Below are positions 1 to 9,693 of a DNA stretch of 64,000 nt, piece by piece (the first letter of the stretch is position 1; the number at the start of each line of letters is the position of its first letter). The stretch is taken from the NCBI GenBank assembly GCA_965221575.1, contig CBDCSM010000007.1:84358-148357 (forward strand). Direction: 5' to 3'. The position numbers were made by a program, and so were the translations under genes. Under the pieces are notes generated by a model that made no database searches, was not told where the DNA came from, and worked only from the letters and a program-made list of their open reading frames with translations. The stretch comes from Paracoccaceae bacterium. Lineage in GTDB: Bacteria; Pseudomonadota; Alphaproteobacteria; Rhodobacterales; Rhodobacteraceae.

Positions 1-27
1 TGCTACGTTCACAAGGGGATCTTCCAA

Positions 28-1047
28 GTGGTGACGAGAAGCACGGATGTGATCGCTCCCGGCGGGAAAAACTTCGGCTTCCTGGAACGCAACCCGGGGC
101 TGGTGCCGCCGCTCGGATTACTGGTGCCGCTGGTCCTCCTCATAGCCCTTATCACGGTCATCAATCCCGTTTTCCTGGATAGCCGGAACGTCTTCAATGT
201 CTTTCGCCAGGTTGCCATTTTCCTCGTCCTTGGCACAGGGATGACGATCGTCATGGCCGCCCGAGGTATCGACCTTTCCGTGGGTTCGACTGTGGCGTTG
301 ACGGGCTGTGTCGCGGGACTCGTCCTCAAGAGCGGGACGTTCGGCGATGGACTTGCGTCGGCGGTCGCTATCGTCGCGGCGATCGGAGTGGGCGCGGCCG
401 TCGGCTTCGTAAACGGATTCGCGATCACCGCTTTCAGGGTGCCGCCACTCATCGTGACTCTAGGTACGCTCACCGCCGTTCGAGGGTTCGCCTACCTCGT
501 CATGGGGTCTGACCAGGTGCGCAACTTCCCGGACGCGTTTCTCTGGATTGGACAAGGTCGGCCCTTTGGCCTTCCTGCCGCAGGAGCAATCGCGCTCGTC
601 GTTGTGCTTCTGGGCGCTTTCATCATGAATTGCACGCGTTTCGGAACCTACGTGCTCGCGGTAGGTGGGGACCGCAGCGCCGCCATCCGCGCCGGAATCC
701 GCGTTCGCCGGTACGAGATGGGCGCCTACATCATCTGTGGCGCGCTGGCGGGGCTGGCCGGTGCCATGCTCGTGGCCCGCCTCAACGCCGCGCAGGCGGT
801 GCTCGGCGCCACAATGGAACTTCATGCCATTGCCGTGGTGGTCCTCGGCGGTACTTTCCTGTTCGGGGGATACGCAACGCTATTGGGCACGTTTTTAGGT
901 GCCATCTTTCTCGGCGTCGCCGAAAACGGTCTGCTTCTGATGGGCGTGCCATTCTACTGGCAACAGATCGTCATCGGAACGACTCTCGTCGTCGCCGTCG
1001 CCATACAGCTTTACCGCTTCCGCCGCCAGGGCATGGCGAGCGGTTGA
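28..1047 (+). CDS. ABC sugar transporter permease (RbsC/AraH-like)
   Basis: 339-aa ORF with a GTG start. Multiple hydrophobic segments and ribose-type permease motifs (GIDLSVGS). Followed by binding-protein and ATPase genes. Confidence 0.8.
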   Translation: MVTRSTDVIAPGGKNFGFLERNPGLVPPLGLLVPLVLLIALITVINPVFLDSRNVFNVFRQVAIFLVLGTGMTIVMAARGIDLSVGSTVALTGCVAGLVLKSGTFGDGLASAVAIVAAIGVGAAVGFVNGFAITAFRVPPLIVTLGTLTAVRGFAYLVMGSDQVRNFPDAFLWIGQGRPFGLPAAGAIALVVVLLGAFIMNCTRFGTYVLAVGGDRSAAIRAGIRVRRYEMGAYIICGALAGLAGAMLVARLNAAQAVLGATMELHAIAVVVLGGTFLFGGYATLLGTFLGAIFLGVAENGLLLMGVPFYWQQIVIGTTLVVAVAIQLYRFRRQGMASG

Positions 1048-1101
1048 CCGCGCACGCCGCGGTCACATCATTGAATGCCCGAATTTAGGAAAGGACCCGC
1101 C

Positions 1102-2112
1102 ATGAAGAAACAACTAACAGGGATCGCCGTGGGACTGACGCTGGCGATCGGAGCCGGCTCCGGCGCCTTGGCTGCCGATGAGCCTCTGAAGATCGGATTT
1201 GCGCCGCCCGTCTATGACACACTGGACTATTTCGGCCAGTTCGCGGTGGCCTTCCAGGAGGAAATGGAAAGTCAGGGTGTGCCCATCGAATTCACTGCCC
1301 GCGCCTCGACCGCCGAGGCCAATGTCCAGCAGCAGTTGGACATTGTCGATGATCTCATCACCCTCGACATGGACTACATCATCGTCGGTCCCATCGATTA
1401 CTTCGGAATCGTCCCCGCGCTGAAGGCGGCCAACGAAGCGGGCATCCCGATCATCGTGGTGAACCATCTCGACGTGCATCCCGACGATGCCGGCGTCGAC
1501 GTGCTCGCATATAGCGGTTACTCCCACGCCGAAGGTGGCGAAGTCACGGCCAAGTGGGCGCTCGAAAATGTCCTGTCCGAAGGCGACAAGGTGGGGCTGA
1601 TGTTCGCGGAGCCCGGAAACCAGATTTCCGAGCAGCGTGTCGGCACTGCCCGAGATTTGTGGACCGAGGCAGGCATCGAGATCGCGTTCGAACATTACGC
1701 TTATTGGGAACAGGCGCGTGCCTTCGACGCCACCGAACGGCTCATCCTCGCCAATCCTGACGTGAAGGCGATCTATGCCGGCAACAGTTCCATGGCCATG
1801 GGCGTTGCCAGCGCACTCAAGGGGATGGGCGAAGACGGCGTCGACGTCTTCGGCTTCGGGGCCGTACCGCCCGAACTCGACATGATCTGGGAAGGGCTCA
1901 TCCGTGGCTCCATCTTCCGCGACAGCCAGTCCAGCGGCCGTTACATCGCCGATGCCGTCGCCCGCCATTCGAAAGGCGAAGAGATCGAAAAGCAGTATCC
2001 GCTTGACATGGTGATGGTCTCCTCCCGCGAGGACGTGCTCACCAAGGTCCCCGAGGGATCGCTCCGCCTCATGGAGAATTGGCCGGAGATCGAGATGGAA
2101 CTCCCGAAGTGA
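1102..2112 (+). CDS. Periplasmic sugar-binding protein (ABC, PBP type I)
   Basis: Tracked ORF is 1075-2112. The ATG at 1102 gives MKKQLTGIAVGLTLAIGAGSGALA, a signal peptide. Lies between permease and ATPase genes. Confidence 0.8.
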   Translation: MKKQLTGIAVGLTLAIGAGSGALAADEPLKIGFAPPVYDTLDYFGQFAVAFQEEMESQGVPIEFTARASTAEANVQQQLDIVDDLITLDMDYIIVGPIDYFGIVPALKAANEAGIPIIVVNHLDVHPDDAGVDVLAYSGYSHAEGGEVTAKWALENVLSEGDKVGLMFAEPGNQISEQRVGTARDLWTEAGIEIAFEHYAYWEQARAFDATERLILANPDVKAIYAGNSSMAMGVASALKGMGEDGVDVFGFGAVPPELDMIWEGLIRGSIFRDSQSSGRYIADAVARHSKGEEIEKQYPLDMVMVSSREDVLTKVPEGSLRLMENWPEIEMELPK

Positions 2113-2912
2113 CGACCGTGTCACGTGAATCTCGACCCTCCCCCGCCAAAGCGGGGGAGGTTCTCCTGGCGCTGCGTGACATCAAAAAAACCTTCGGCGG
2201 CGTGCAGGCCTTGCGCGGTGCATCCATCGACGTAGCGCGAGGCGAGGTCACGGCCCTCGTGGGTGACAACGGGGCCGGCAAGTCTACACTCATCAAAACC
2301 GTCATGGGTGTGCATCCGCCGACCTCCGGCAGTATCATCCTCGAAGGACAGGAGATCAGCGTCCCGAACCCGGAGGCCGCCCGTGATTTCGGAATCGAGG
2401 CCATTTACCAGGATCTGGCGCTTGTTGGCACCTTCGACCTTACCCAGAACTTCTTCCTTGGACGCGAGCGCATGAAGTCATATCTCGGCGGCCTCATCAA
2501 AGTCCTGGACAAGGCGGCCATGCGAGAGGAGGCGCTCAAGGTCCTGTCAGAGCGAGTGGGAATACGCATGGGCAATCCTTACGCGAACGCCTACGTCATG
2601 TCGGGCGGGCAGCGGCAGGCGGTTGCGATCGGCAGAGCAATACATTCCGACGCGCGGCTGATCATTATGGATGAGCCGACCGCTGCGCTCGGCGTGGAGG
2701 AAACCGACCGGGTACTGACGATCATCAAGCACCTCCTGCGCGGCCAGGGTCTGACCGTGCTCATGGTCAGTCACAACCTCGAGCATGTATTCCGCTGCGC
2801 CGACTCCATCGCCGTCATGCATCGTGGCGAGGTCAACGCGCAGGTTCGAACGAACGCGGTCACCAGGCAGGACATTGTGGCGCACATCATGGGCTCGCGC
2901 TCCGTGGCGTGA
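2109..2912 (+). CDS. ABC transporter ATP-binding protein
   Basis: Walker A GDNGAGKST, signature SGGQRQ, Walker B LIIMDEPT. An in-frame GTG at 2109 overlaps the upstream stop codon (GTGA), which favours it over the tracked start at 2079. Confidence 0.85.
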   Translation: MTTVSRESRPSPAKAGEVLLALRDIKKTFGGVQALRGASIDVARGEVTALVGDNGAGKSTLIKTVMGVHPPTSGSIILEGQEISVPNPEAARDFGIEAIYQDLALVGTFDLTQNFFLGRERMKSYLGGLIKVLDKAAMREEALKVLSERVGIRMGNPYANAYVMSGGQRQAVAIGRAIHSDARLIIMDEPTAALGVEETDRVLTIIKHLLRGQGLTVLMVSHNLEHVFRCADSIAVMHRGEVNAQVRTNAVTRQDIVAHIMGSRSVA

Positions 2913-3318
2913 ACGATCCGAAGTCACACAACCATCCGCTTGATCCCGGAATTCGGGAAATTTACCGCCAAGAACTCAAAGGCTCGCCGCAGGCGCTCCA
3001 CGGTCTTGGACCCATCAGCTCAGATTGGCACGATCGGCTTCACCGGCAGCGGGAAGCCATGACCCGTACCGCCCGGCAACGTCGCTTCGTTCAGTTTCAA
3101 CTTGGCCAGCCCGGCGTTGAGCGTCATGAGGGCGTGATCCGGCAAACCTCGGCGGCCCGTTTGGTATCGGCCTTGTCCCCGGCGGTCTTCGAGACCCTGG
3201 CAGGCTCTTACCGCATACGTGTGTCGTGCCGGCGCACCCCCGTGGTCTTCGTTGGCAAAGCCATCACGCCTTCTACCACGCGTAGCGCCGGTCAAGTTCA
3301 AGCTGATCAATATTCACC

Positions 3319-4308
3319 TTAACAGTATCTCTCGGGGCCTGCCCATTGGGCGACCGAATAACGGTCGCCATGCGCCCACCCGACCGGCAAGACCTCTTCA
3401 ATCCGGTCAAGGTCTTCCTCAGACAGATTCAGTTCGGCCCCGGCTGCAACTTCCCTCAGGTGCTCGACTTGTCTTGTTCCCGGTATCGGCAGAATGTGGT
3501 CGCCCTGGTGAATCAGCCAGGCGATGGCGAGGGTCGCCGCAGCCACTCCCATGTCGGCGGCAAGCGCCCTGAATTTCGCATTATAGGCCAGATTGTGACC
3601 GAGATTGGGCTCGAGAAACCTCGGATTCGTGGCCATCCAGGTCATGTCCTTGATGAATTCGGCCACGTGTGGCCGGTCGGTAAGCAAAGCGCGACCCACT
3701 GGTGAAAAAGCGACGAGCGAGGCCCCGAGTTCGTCACAGGTCTGCACCAGCCCCAATTCCGGAAAGCGCGTTGACAATGAGTATTCGGACTGGACAGCTG
3801 CGACCGGATGGACAGCATGCGCCCTGCGCAATGAAGATGGCGCGATCTCGGAGAAACCCATTGCCTTGATCTTGCCCGCTTTCACAAAACCGGCCATGGT
3901 TTCCGTGACCTCCTCGATTTCAAATCGTGTGTCACGCCGATGCACGTAGTAGAGGTCGATCGCCTCGACACCAAGTCGCCGCAGGCTCGCGTCAAGCTCC
4001 TGCCGCATGTGTTCGGGATCGTTATTCAGCCGCTGATCCGGATCCTGGGTGATGCCGACCTTGGTTGCAATCGTGAACGGATTTTTACCGCCGCGGGCTC
4101 TCAGCCAGTCCCCGATGATTGTCTCAGAGAGGCCCATACCGTAGGCGTTGGCGGTATCGATGTGGGAAATGCCCAAGTCGATGCACGCATCCAGTATCTT
4201 CATCGAGCCTTCGACAGTTGTCGGGCCGTAGACACCGGTAAGTGACATGGCTCCGTAGCCAACAACGCTGACATCCGGGCCGTTTTGTCCGAGTTTGCGG
4301 GAATTCAT
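3319..4308 (-). CDS. Aldo/keto reductase family oxidoreductase
   Basis: 329 aa. AKR hallmarks are GISHIDTANAYG, LYYVHRRD and IPGTR near the C-terminus. Confidence 0.85.
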   Translation of the reverse strand: MNSRKLGQNGPDVSVVGYGAMSLTGVYGPTTVEGSMKILDACIDLGISHIDTANAYGMGLSETIIGDWLRARGGKNPFTIATKVGITQDPDQRLNNDPEHMRQELDASLRRLGVEAIDLYYVHRRDTRFEIEEVTETMAGFVKAGKIKAMGFSEIAPSSLRRAHAVHPVAAVQSEYSLSTRFPELGLVQTCDELGASLVAFSPVGRALLTDRPHVAEFIKDMTWMATNPRFLEPNLGHNLAYNAKFRALAADMGVAAATLAIAWLIHQGDHILPIPGTRQVEHLREVAAGAELNLSEEDLDRIEEVLPVGWAHGDRYSVAQWAGPERYC

Positions 4309-4575
4309 TTCGATTCACATCCATATGAGTGAGACAGTCGCTCATTATAGAACACATCGCGCCGACTTGGAAAATCCTTGTCGGGCCGATGTCGGTTGCC
4401 ACGGCGGACCTGCAGCTTTCTTGCATAGTTGCAGGCAACGCCGGCTACGCGGTCGAACCCGCGGTAATCGTCTTGACCTCGGGATGCACGGGGGCCGAAA
4501 AACCGGTCTACCGCTCGAGCTTCGATGCCGCGACGTCAATCCGCGTACTCAATGTCCGAAATCTAACAGGAGCTT

Positions 4576-5610
4576 TCAGATCGTTTCGGTCACCTTGCGC
4601 AGGTGCAAGGGGGCATCGGGGTCCAGTCCGCGTGCGCGCGCGAACGCCTCGACAAAACGATAGAAGGTGATCGCCTGGCACAACGGAGTGAGCAACGGAT
4701 GCGGTGATTGTGCGGTCTGCAATGAAGCGCACCCGGTTACATTGGCGCCCGCGACCGCAACTGTCGCTCCGGCCATCGCAAGCGCATGCGCAGAATCGAC
4801 GACGCTTTGGCGACTCGCATCGTCGGTGACAAACGCAAGAACGGCAAGTTCTTTCGCGGCGAGCGCCATCGGGCCGTGCCGAACCTCCGCAGCACTGAAG
4901 GCCTCCGCGTGCAACCGGGAAACTTCTTTCAGTTTCAACGCAATTTCACCGGCCAGCGCCAGGCCAGGCCCCCGGCTCACCACGAACGCGGTAACTGCCT
5001 GCATTGATGAGGCGGACAAGCCTTGCCAATCGAGCGCCAGCGCCTTTTCGGCAATTTCCGGCATTTGCCGAAGCGCATCCTCCAGGGCATCATCCCGGTT
5101 GAGCCGGGCGTGAAGCGCGGCAATCGCAAACAGGCTGGCGGCAAAGGACTTTGTTGCCGCAACGGACATCTCCGGCCCCGCCAAGCTCGGCAACACCCGT
5201 TCCGCAGTTGTGCCGACAGGCGAATCCACCATGTTCAACAGCGCAATCGTCCTTGCGCCGCCCCGTGCCGCAACGGCCTGAAGCGCAACCAGGTCCGGAC
5301 TGCCGCCCGACTGGGAAATTGTCAGGCAGACGCTGCGGTCAAGCTTCAATGGCGCATCGAATACCGAAGCGACGGAAGGCCCGATCGAGGCGACCGGAAT
5401 ACCGGCGGACACTTCCATCAGATACTTGAAGTAGGTCGCCGCGTGGTCGGACGTACCACGGGCGCAGGTGACAAACAGGCTCGGTGACAATCCGCGCAGC
5501 CAATCAGCCGTTTCAAAATAGACCGGCAGCCCTTCGCTGATCTGCCTCGCCAGGACCCGTGGAATCTCGGACGTTTCCGAGAACATTCGCGTGGTCTTGC
5601 CAGTCATCAC
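4576..5610 (-). CDS. SIS-domain sugar-phosphate isomerase/deglycase (GlmS C-terminal-like, FrlB/AgaS type)
   Basis: 344 aa with two SIS-like repeats (CARGTSDHA..., ISQSGGSPD). There is no glutaminase domain. It is the last gene of the minus-strand operon. Confidence 0.7.
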   Translation of the reverse strand: MMTGKTTRMFSETSEIPRVLARQISEGLPVYFETADWLRGLSPSLFVTCARGTSDHAATYFKYLMEVSAGIPVASIGPSVASVFDAPLKLDRSVCLTISQSGGSPDLVALQAVAARGGARTIALLNMVDSPVGTTAERVLPSLAGPEMSVAATKSFAASLFAIAALHARLNRDDALEDALRQMPEIAEKALALDWQGLSASSMQAVTAFVVSRGPGLALAGEIALKLKEVSRLHAEAFSAAEVRHGPMALAAKELAVLAFVTDDASRQSVVDSAHALAMAGATVAVAGANVTGCASLQTAQSPHPLLTPLCQAITFYRFVEAFARARGLDPDAPLHLRKVTETI

Positions 5611-5620
5611 AATGACCCGC

Positions 5621-6376
5621 TCAGTTTACGCCCGTGATCATCGACACGATCTCGTTCTTGTCGGTTTCAATCGTACGGCGAACACCAATCTGAACTCCTC
5701 GCCTGAGGACGCAAATGCGGTCGGAAAGACGGAATACCTGGTCGAGACTGTGGCTGACGAGCAGGATTGCCAGGTTGCGCTCGCGCAGGCCGGAAATGGT
5801 TTTCTCGACCTTTGCCGTTTCCGCGACTCCGAGCGCCGCGGTCGGTTCGTCGAGCAGGATCAGTTTCCTGGCCCAGTGCGTTGCCCGTGCAATCGCGACG
5901 CCCTGGCGCTGACCGCCCGAAAGATCGCGCATACTCGCTCTTACGGACTGAACATGGACATCCAGTTGATCGACAAGCGCCTGGGTCTTGGAAATCATCT
6001 CCCTGCGGTCCAGCAGGCGCAAGGGTCCGCTCGCGAGTTCGCGGCCGAGAAACATGTTCATGTAGACCGGCTGCTGGTCGGCGAGCGCGAGGTCCTGATA
6101 GACAACCTCGATTCCGCGTGAGCGCGCTGCACTGGCGTCGCCGAAAGAGGCAGATTCTCCGTCCATTTCCATCGTGCCGCTTGTTGGTGCGTAGACGCCC
6201 GATATGATCTTGACGAGCGTGGATTTTCCCGCGCCGTTGTCGCCGACAAGCGCAAGGATTTCGGCCGACCTGAGGTCGAGTGAAAGGTTTTCTATCGCCA
6301 CAATGCCACCGAATGCCTTGTGGATGTTCTTCAATGAAAGCACAGGCACGTATGTCGCGGCAGTCATGGTCAGCAT
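5621..6376 (-). CDS. ABC transporter ATP-binding protein
   Basis: Walker A GDNGAGKST, signature SGGQRQ, Walker B LILLDEPT. The ATG at 6376 overlaps the stop of the upstream gene (ATGCTGA). The tracked 309-aa ORF start at 6550 looks like an over-extension. Confidence 0.85.
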   Translation of the reverse strand: MLTMTAATYVPVLSLKNIHKAFGGIVAIENLSLDLRSAEILALVGDNGAGKSTLVKIISGVYAPTSGTMEMDGESASFGDASAARSRGIEVVYQDLALADQQPVYMNMFLGRELASGPLRLLDRREMISKTQALVDQLDVHVQSVRASMRDLSGGQRQGVAIARATHWARKLILLDEPTAALGVAETAKVEKTISGLRERNLAILLVSHSLDQVFRLSDRICVLRRGVQIGVRRTIETDKNEIVSMITGVN

Positions 6377-7578
6377 CCGGGGTCCGGCCAGCACTCCGTC
6401 TGGCCAAAGCAGTTTTCGATTGTCTCGACTTCCGGGTTGCCCCGGGAAACACCCGAGACACCGACTGTGAACGCACGGGTAACGAAAGCCTGCCCGCGAA
6501 AACCGAATACCACGCTGTCGCCTGTTTTCGGTTTCACCTGCCCCGTGCAATCGATCATGCCGTAATAGTCGATGGACGACGGTGACGGAATTTCCACGCT
6601 TGCGAGCGCTTTGGGAGCGGTCGTGGGTTCGTCGGAAACGATTGCCTTTACATCGTAGTCAGGAAAAACCGGATCGATATAGAGCCCGCCGCCAAAACAG
6701 TATGCCCTGTCGCCGTGCAGGTGGGACACCTCGGTCAGGTAGAGGACGGCAGGCTTTTCAGGCAGATCTTCCATCGCGTGCAACGGAGTCGTGCCATGCA
6801 GGCCATTGCCGGGTTCGCATTGCGTTGCACCGGCGTCGGCCAGAGCATCCAGCACGATCGACGAGGTTGTGCCCGGCGCGTTTATCTCCACGTCCCGCCG
6901 TCCGGCTTTCGCCAACTCGTCCGCCGCTCTTTCGAGTGTCGAAAGGTTCGGCGTCGGGGAAACCTTTCGCGTCCTTTCGTCGAACAGAAGCGCCGGAAAT
7001 GTGGTGATGCCCGCGAAATGCGCTCCCGCCAGCCCGTCGATCCGGTCCGCAACGGACACGATCTCGTCCGCCGGGTATCCGCCTTCGTGACCCCGGTAGA
7101 AGATATCACCGTCGGTCAGGATCCGCGCGAGCAGAGCCTGGTCGCGACCAGCCGCGGCCGAGGCGCGCGCGGCTTCGGACGCCTTCGTGTCCCCAAAAAC
7201 TGTCCAGAAGTCAGGCGCGATCCGGGCGGATGCCGGATCGGCCTCGAAGCGGGGCACCTGAACGAGATGGCCGAGGTGACCTGTCTTCAGTCCTGCCCGG
7301 TCGCAGGCCACCGCGCATGCCATGTCGACCGCGACGGCGCGGTCAATACCTGCGCGCAATACCGCCCGGCAAAAGCCGCTGTTGCGCCCAACCTGCTTCG
7401 TCATCGCGAATACTTTCAGGCCGCGCCTCGTAGCCTCTGCCTTGAAAAGGCGCGAATTTTCCTCGACCGCGTCAAGATCGAGAACATACGAATTGGCGGG
7501 GATCTTGCCCTCGCGGTGCAGCCTTATGGCGGCTTCGACGAGTCGCGGGTTCCGCCGGCTGAGAACATCGAGAAACAT
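6370..7578 (-). CDS. YhfX-like PLP-dependent enzyme (alanine-racemase-fold, putative amino-acid racemase)
   Basis: From MFLDVLSRRNPRLVEAAIRLHREGKIP... the protein resembles E. coli YhfX over its whole length as I recall that sequence (AMTKQVGRN, GHLGHLVQVP, FPALL, SSIDYY). The upstream 99 codons of the tracked ORF overlap the permease gene. Confidence 0.65.
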   Translation of the reverse strand: MFLDVLSRRNPRLVEAAIRLHREGKIPANSYVLDLDAVEENSRLFKAEATRRGLKVFAMTKQVGRNSGFCRAVLRAGIDRAVAVDMACAVACDRAGLKTGHLGHLVQVPRFEADPASARIAPDFWTVFGDTKASEAARASAAAGRDQALLARILTDGDIFYRGHEGGYPADEIVSVADRIDGLAGAHFAGITTFPALLFDERTRKVSPTPNLSTLERAADELAKAGRRDVEINAPGTTSSIVLDALADAGATQCEPGNGLHGTTPLHAMEDLPEKPAVLYLTEVSHLHGDRAYCFGGGLYIDPVFPDYDVKAIVSDEPTTAPKALASVEIPSPSSIDYYGMIDCTGQVKPKTGDSVVFGFRGQAFVTRAFTVGVSGVSRGNPEVETIENCFGQTECWPDPGC

Positions 7579-8546
7579 CGCGCCATCTCCGATCGTTTCA
7601 ATTCGTGCAGCGAGATCGCCACGGCCACCAGGATGATCAGGCCACGCACGATCATCTGGTCGGAAACTGCAAGCCCCATGAGTATGAGACCGTTGTTGAG
7701 CATACCCATCAGGAGCGATCCGAAGAGTGCCCCTATGATCGTGCCCTTCCCGCCTTTGAGCGCCGTACCGCCGACTATGACGGCGGCGATCACGGTCAGG
7801 AGATCGCTTTCTCCAAGCGTGTATTTCGCCGCTTGCAGGCGGCCGGCATAAAGCAGGCCCGCGAGGCCAGCGCAACCGCCGCTGATCGCAAGCACGAGAA
7901 GACGAATTCTGGTCACCCTGATGCCGGACGCCTGGGCAGCATCCGCATTGTCGCCGGTCGCGATCACATGGGCGCCAAAAGGCGTTTCCCGATAGACCAG
8001 GTGCCCAACGATGACGGCGCCCAGCGTCCAGAAGATGAGTGACGGAACGCCAAAGAGCGAACCGGAGCCAAAAATGCCCGTGAAGGAATCATTAATGACG
8101 GGGATCGATCGCAGATCGGTCATGGAACGGGCAACGCCCGCAAACAATCCGAGCGTCGCCAGCGTGACCAGGAAGGACGGCAGGCGCAGCCACGCCACCA
8201 TTGCGCCGTTAAAGAAGCCGATCGCCAACCCGGCGCCCAGCCCGGCCAGGATCCCGAAAAGCATGGAATGGTTCTGCATCACTACGGCGGCCGACAGCGC
8301 GGACACGGCAGTGATCGAGCCGAAAGACAGATCGATTTCGCCGGCCGAAAGCACGAAGACGAAGCCGATCGCCATGACCGTCGCAGGGGCGGTCTGCAGA
8401 ACGATGTTGGACAGATTCCGCGTAGTCAGGAAACCGTCATCATGAAGTGTAAAGGCGAAAAACAGGAAGATTGCGAGAAACCCGGCATAGATCACGCCAC
8501 CTTGCAGGTCACGTCCTCTCGCAATCGCTGACAGCCAACGGATCAT
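7524..8546 (-). CDS. ABC sugar transporter permease (ribose-type)
   Basis: 340 aa, polytopic. Carries GEIDLSFGS and C-terminal motifs typical of RbsC-like permeases. Confidence 0.8.
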   Translation of the reverse strand: MIRWLSAIARGRDLQGGVIYAGFLAIFLFFAFTLHDDGFLTTRNLSNIVLQTAPATVMAIGFVFVLSAGEIDLSFGSITAVSALSAAVVMQNHSMLFGILAGLGAGLAIGFFNGAMVAWLRLPSFLVTLATLGLFAGVARSMTDLRSIPVINDSFTGIFGSGSLFGVPSLIFWTLGAVIVGHLVYRETPFGAHVIATGDNADAAQASGIRVTRIRLLVLAISGGCAGLAGLLYAGRLQAAKYTLGESDLLTVIAAVIVGGTALKGGKGTIIGALFGSLLMGMLNNGLILMGLAVSDQMIVRGLIILVAVAISLHELKRSEMARCFSMFSAGGTRDSSKPP

Positions 8547-8614
8547 CGGGCCTCACGGAAGGGGCAGACCTTTTCCTGGCGGGCCGCCGCAACGGCCCAC
8601 CAGGCCAGGGATGT

Positions 8615-9670
8615 CTATTGAGCCGACGTCACGCTTGCAGGCGGTTCCCTGTTCAACGAGCGCATCCAGCCTTCGGTTACGTTCCCGGCGGTAACAGTGA
8701 CGGCGGGCGCCACGACGAATGGCGGCGTTTCTTCGCCTACGAGCGCGCGCGCTCCGGCCGCCGCCATGGCACGGCCCAGTTCATAAGCCTCGTCTGCGAC
8801 TATCGCAACGACGTTTCCGCCCTTGACCATGTCAAGCGCGATCGGTTCGGAGAGATCGAGAGTGACGATTTTCGTGGTCTCGTTTCCGTTTGCGCGCAGC
8901 ACGGCAAGCACACCTTCCGCCGGTCCGGCCCAAGTGACATAGATGCCGCCGAGATCCGGGTTCTTGAGAAGCATTGCGTGCGCGATGTCCTCGGCACGCG
9001 CCGGGTCAGCGATGCCCTGCTCAGCGACGATCTCGATGTCAGCGTAGTCGTTCTCAATCGTTGACTTGAAGGCATTGTCGCGCTGGTTCGTCACGTAGTA
9101 GGCCGCGTCGTGATAGATCCATCCGACGGTACCCTTGCCGCCCATGGCCGCAGCCAGGGCGTCGGCCGCCTGCTTACCCATCTGGAACAGATCGTCGGTG
9201 ACAATCGCCGCGTAGTCAACCGGATGCACGTAGTCCTTTGGCAGGTTGGACAGGAAGACCAGCTTGACGCCCTCGGCCTTGGCTTCCTTGAAGGCGGCAG
9301 CGGAGGTCACCGGGTCAAGCGGCAGGGACAGGATGATGTCAGGATCCTTTGCCAACGCGGTCTCGATGTCGCTGCGCTGCTTGGCGGCATCGAACGCGGC
9401 GTTCGTGACCGCAACGACCTCGATGCCAAGACGGGTGAATTCATCGGTCGCGCCCGCGGTTACCGCGCTCACGAAGTCGGACTGGTCGTGCCAGAGCAAT
9501 GCAGCCTTGTGGTTGCCGGCCATCAGCGCCGAAACCTTGTCATCTGGAACGGTGATACTCGACGAAGGCGTCGCTGATTCGCCTCCCGGGCCGATTGTCT
9601 GGGCACCGGCGATGCTTCCAAGCATCAAGCCCATGGCAGACATGGCGACAGTTAGGTTTCTGAGTTTCAT
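8615..9670 (-). CDS. Periplasmic substrate-binding protein (ABC, PBP type I)
   Basis: 351 aa. Signal peptide MKLRNLTVAMSAMGLMLGSIAGA. PBP-like alternating pattern. Confidence 0.8.
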   Translation of the reverse strand: MKLRNLTVAMSAMGLMLGSIAGAQTIGPGGESATPSSSITVPDDKVSALMAGNHKAALLWHDQSDFVSAVTAGATDEFTRLGIEVVAVTNAAFDAAKQRSDIETALAKDPDIILSLPLDPVTSAAAFKEAKAEGVKLVFLSNLPKDYVHPVDYAAIVTDDLFQMGKQAADALAAAMGGKGTVGWIYHDAAYYVTNQRDNAFKSTIENDYADIEIVAEQGIADPARAEDIAHAMLLKNPDLGGIYVTWAGPAEGVLAVLRANGNETTKIVTLDLSEPIALDMVKGGNVVAIVADEAYELGRAMAAAGARALVGEETPPFVVAPAVTVTAGNVTEGWMRSLNREPPASVTSAQ

Positions 9671-9693
9671 TTCAAGCCCTCCTTTGGCTGGAT

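Noticed and set aside
2913-3318. Possible transposase or integrase remnant on the minus strand (for example ...KTVERLRRAFEFLAVNFPNSGIKRMVV*).
   Set aside because: Only short fragments occur, in several frames, and no motif can be tied confidently to a family. Left unannotated.
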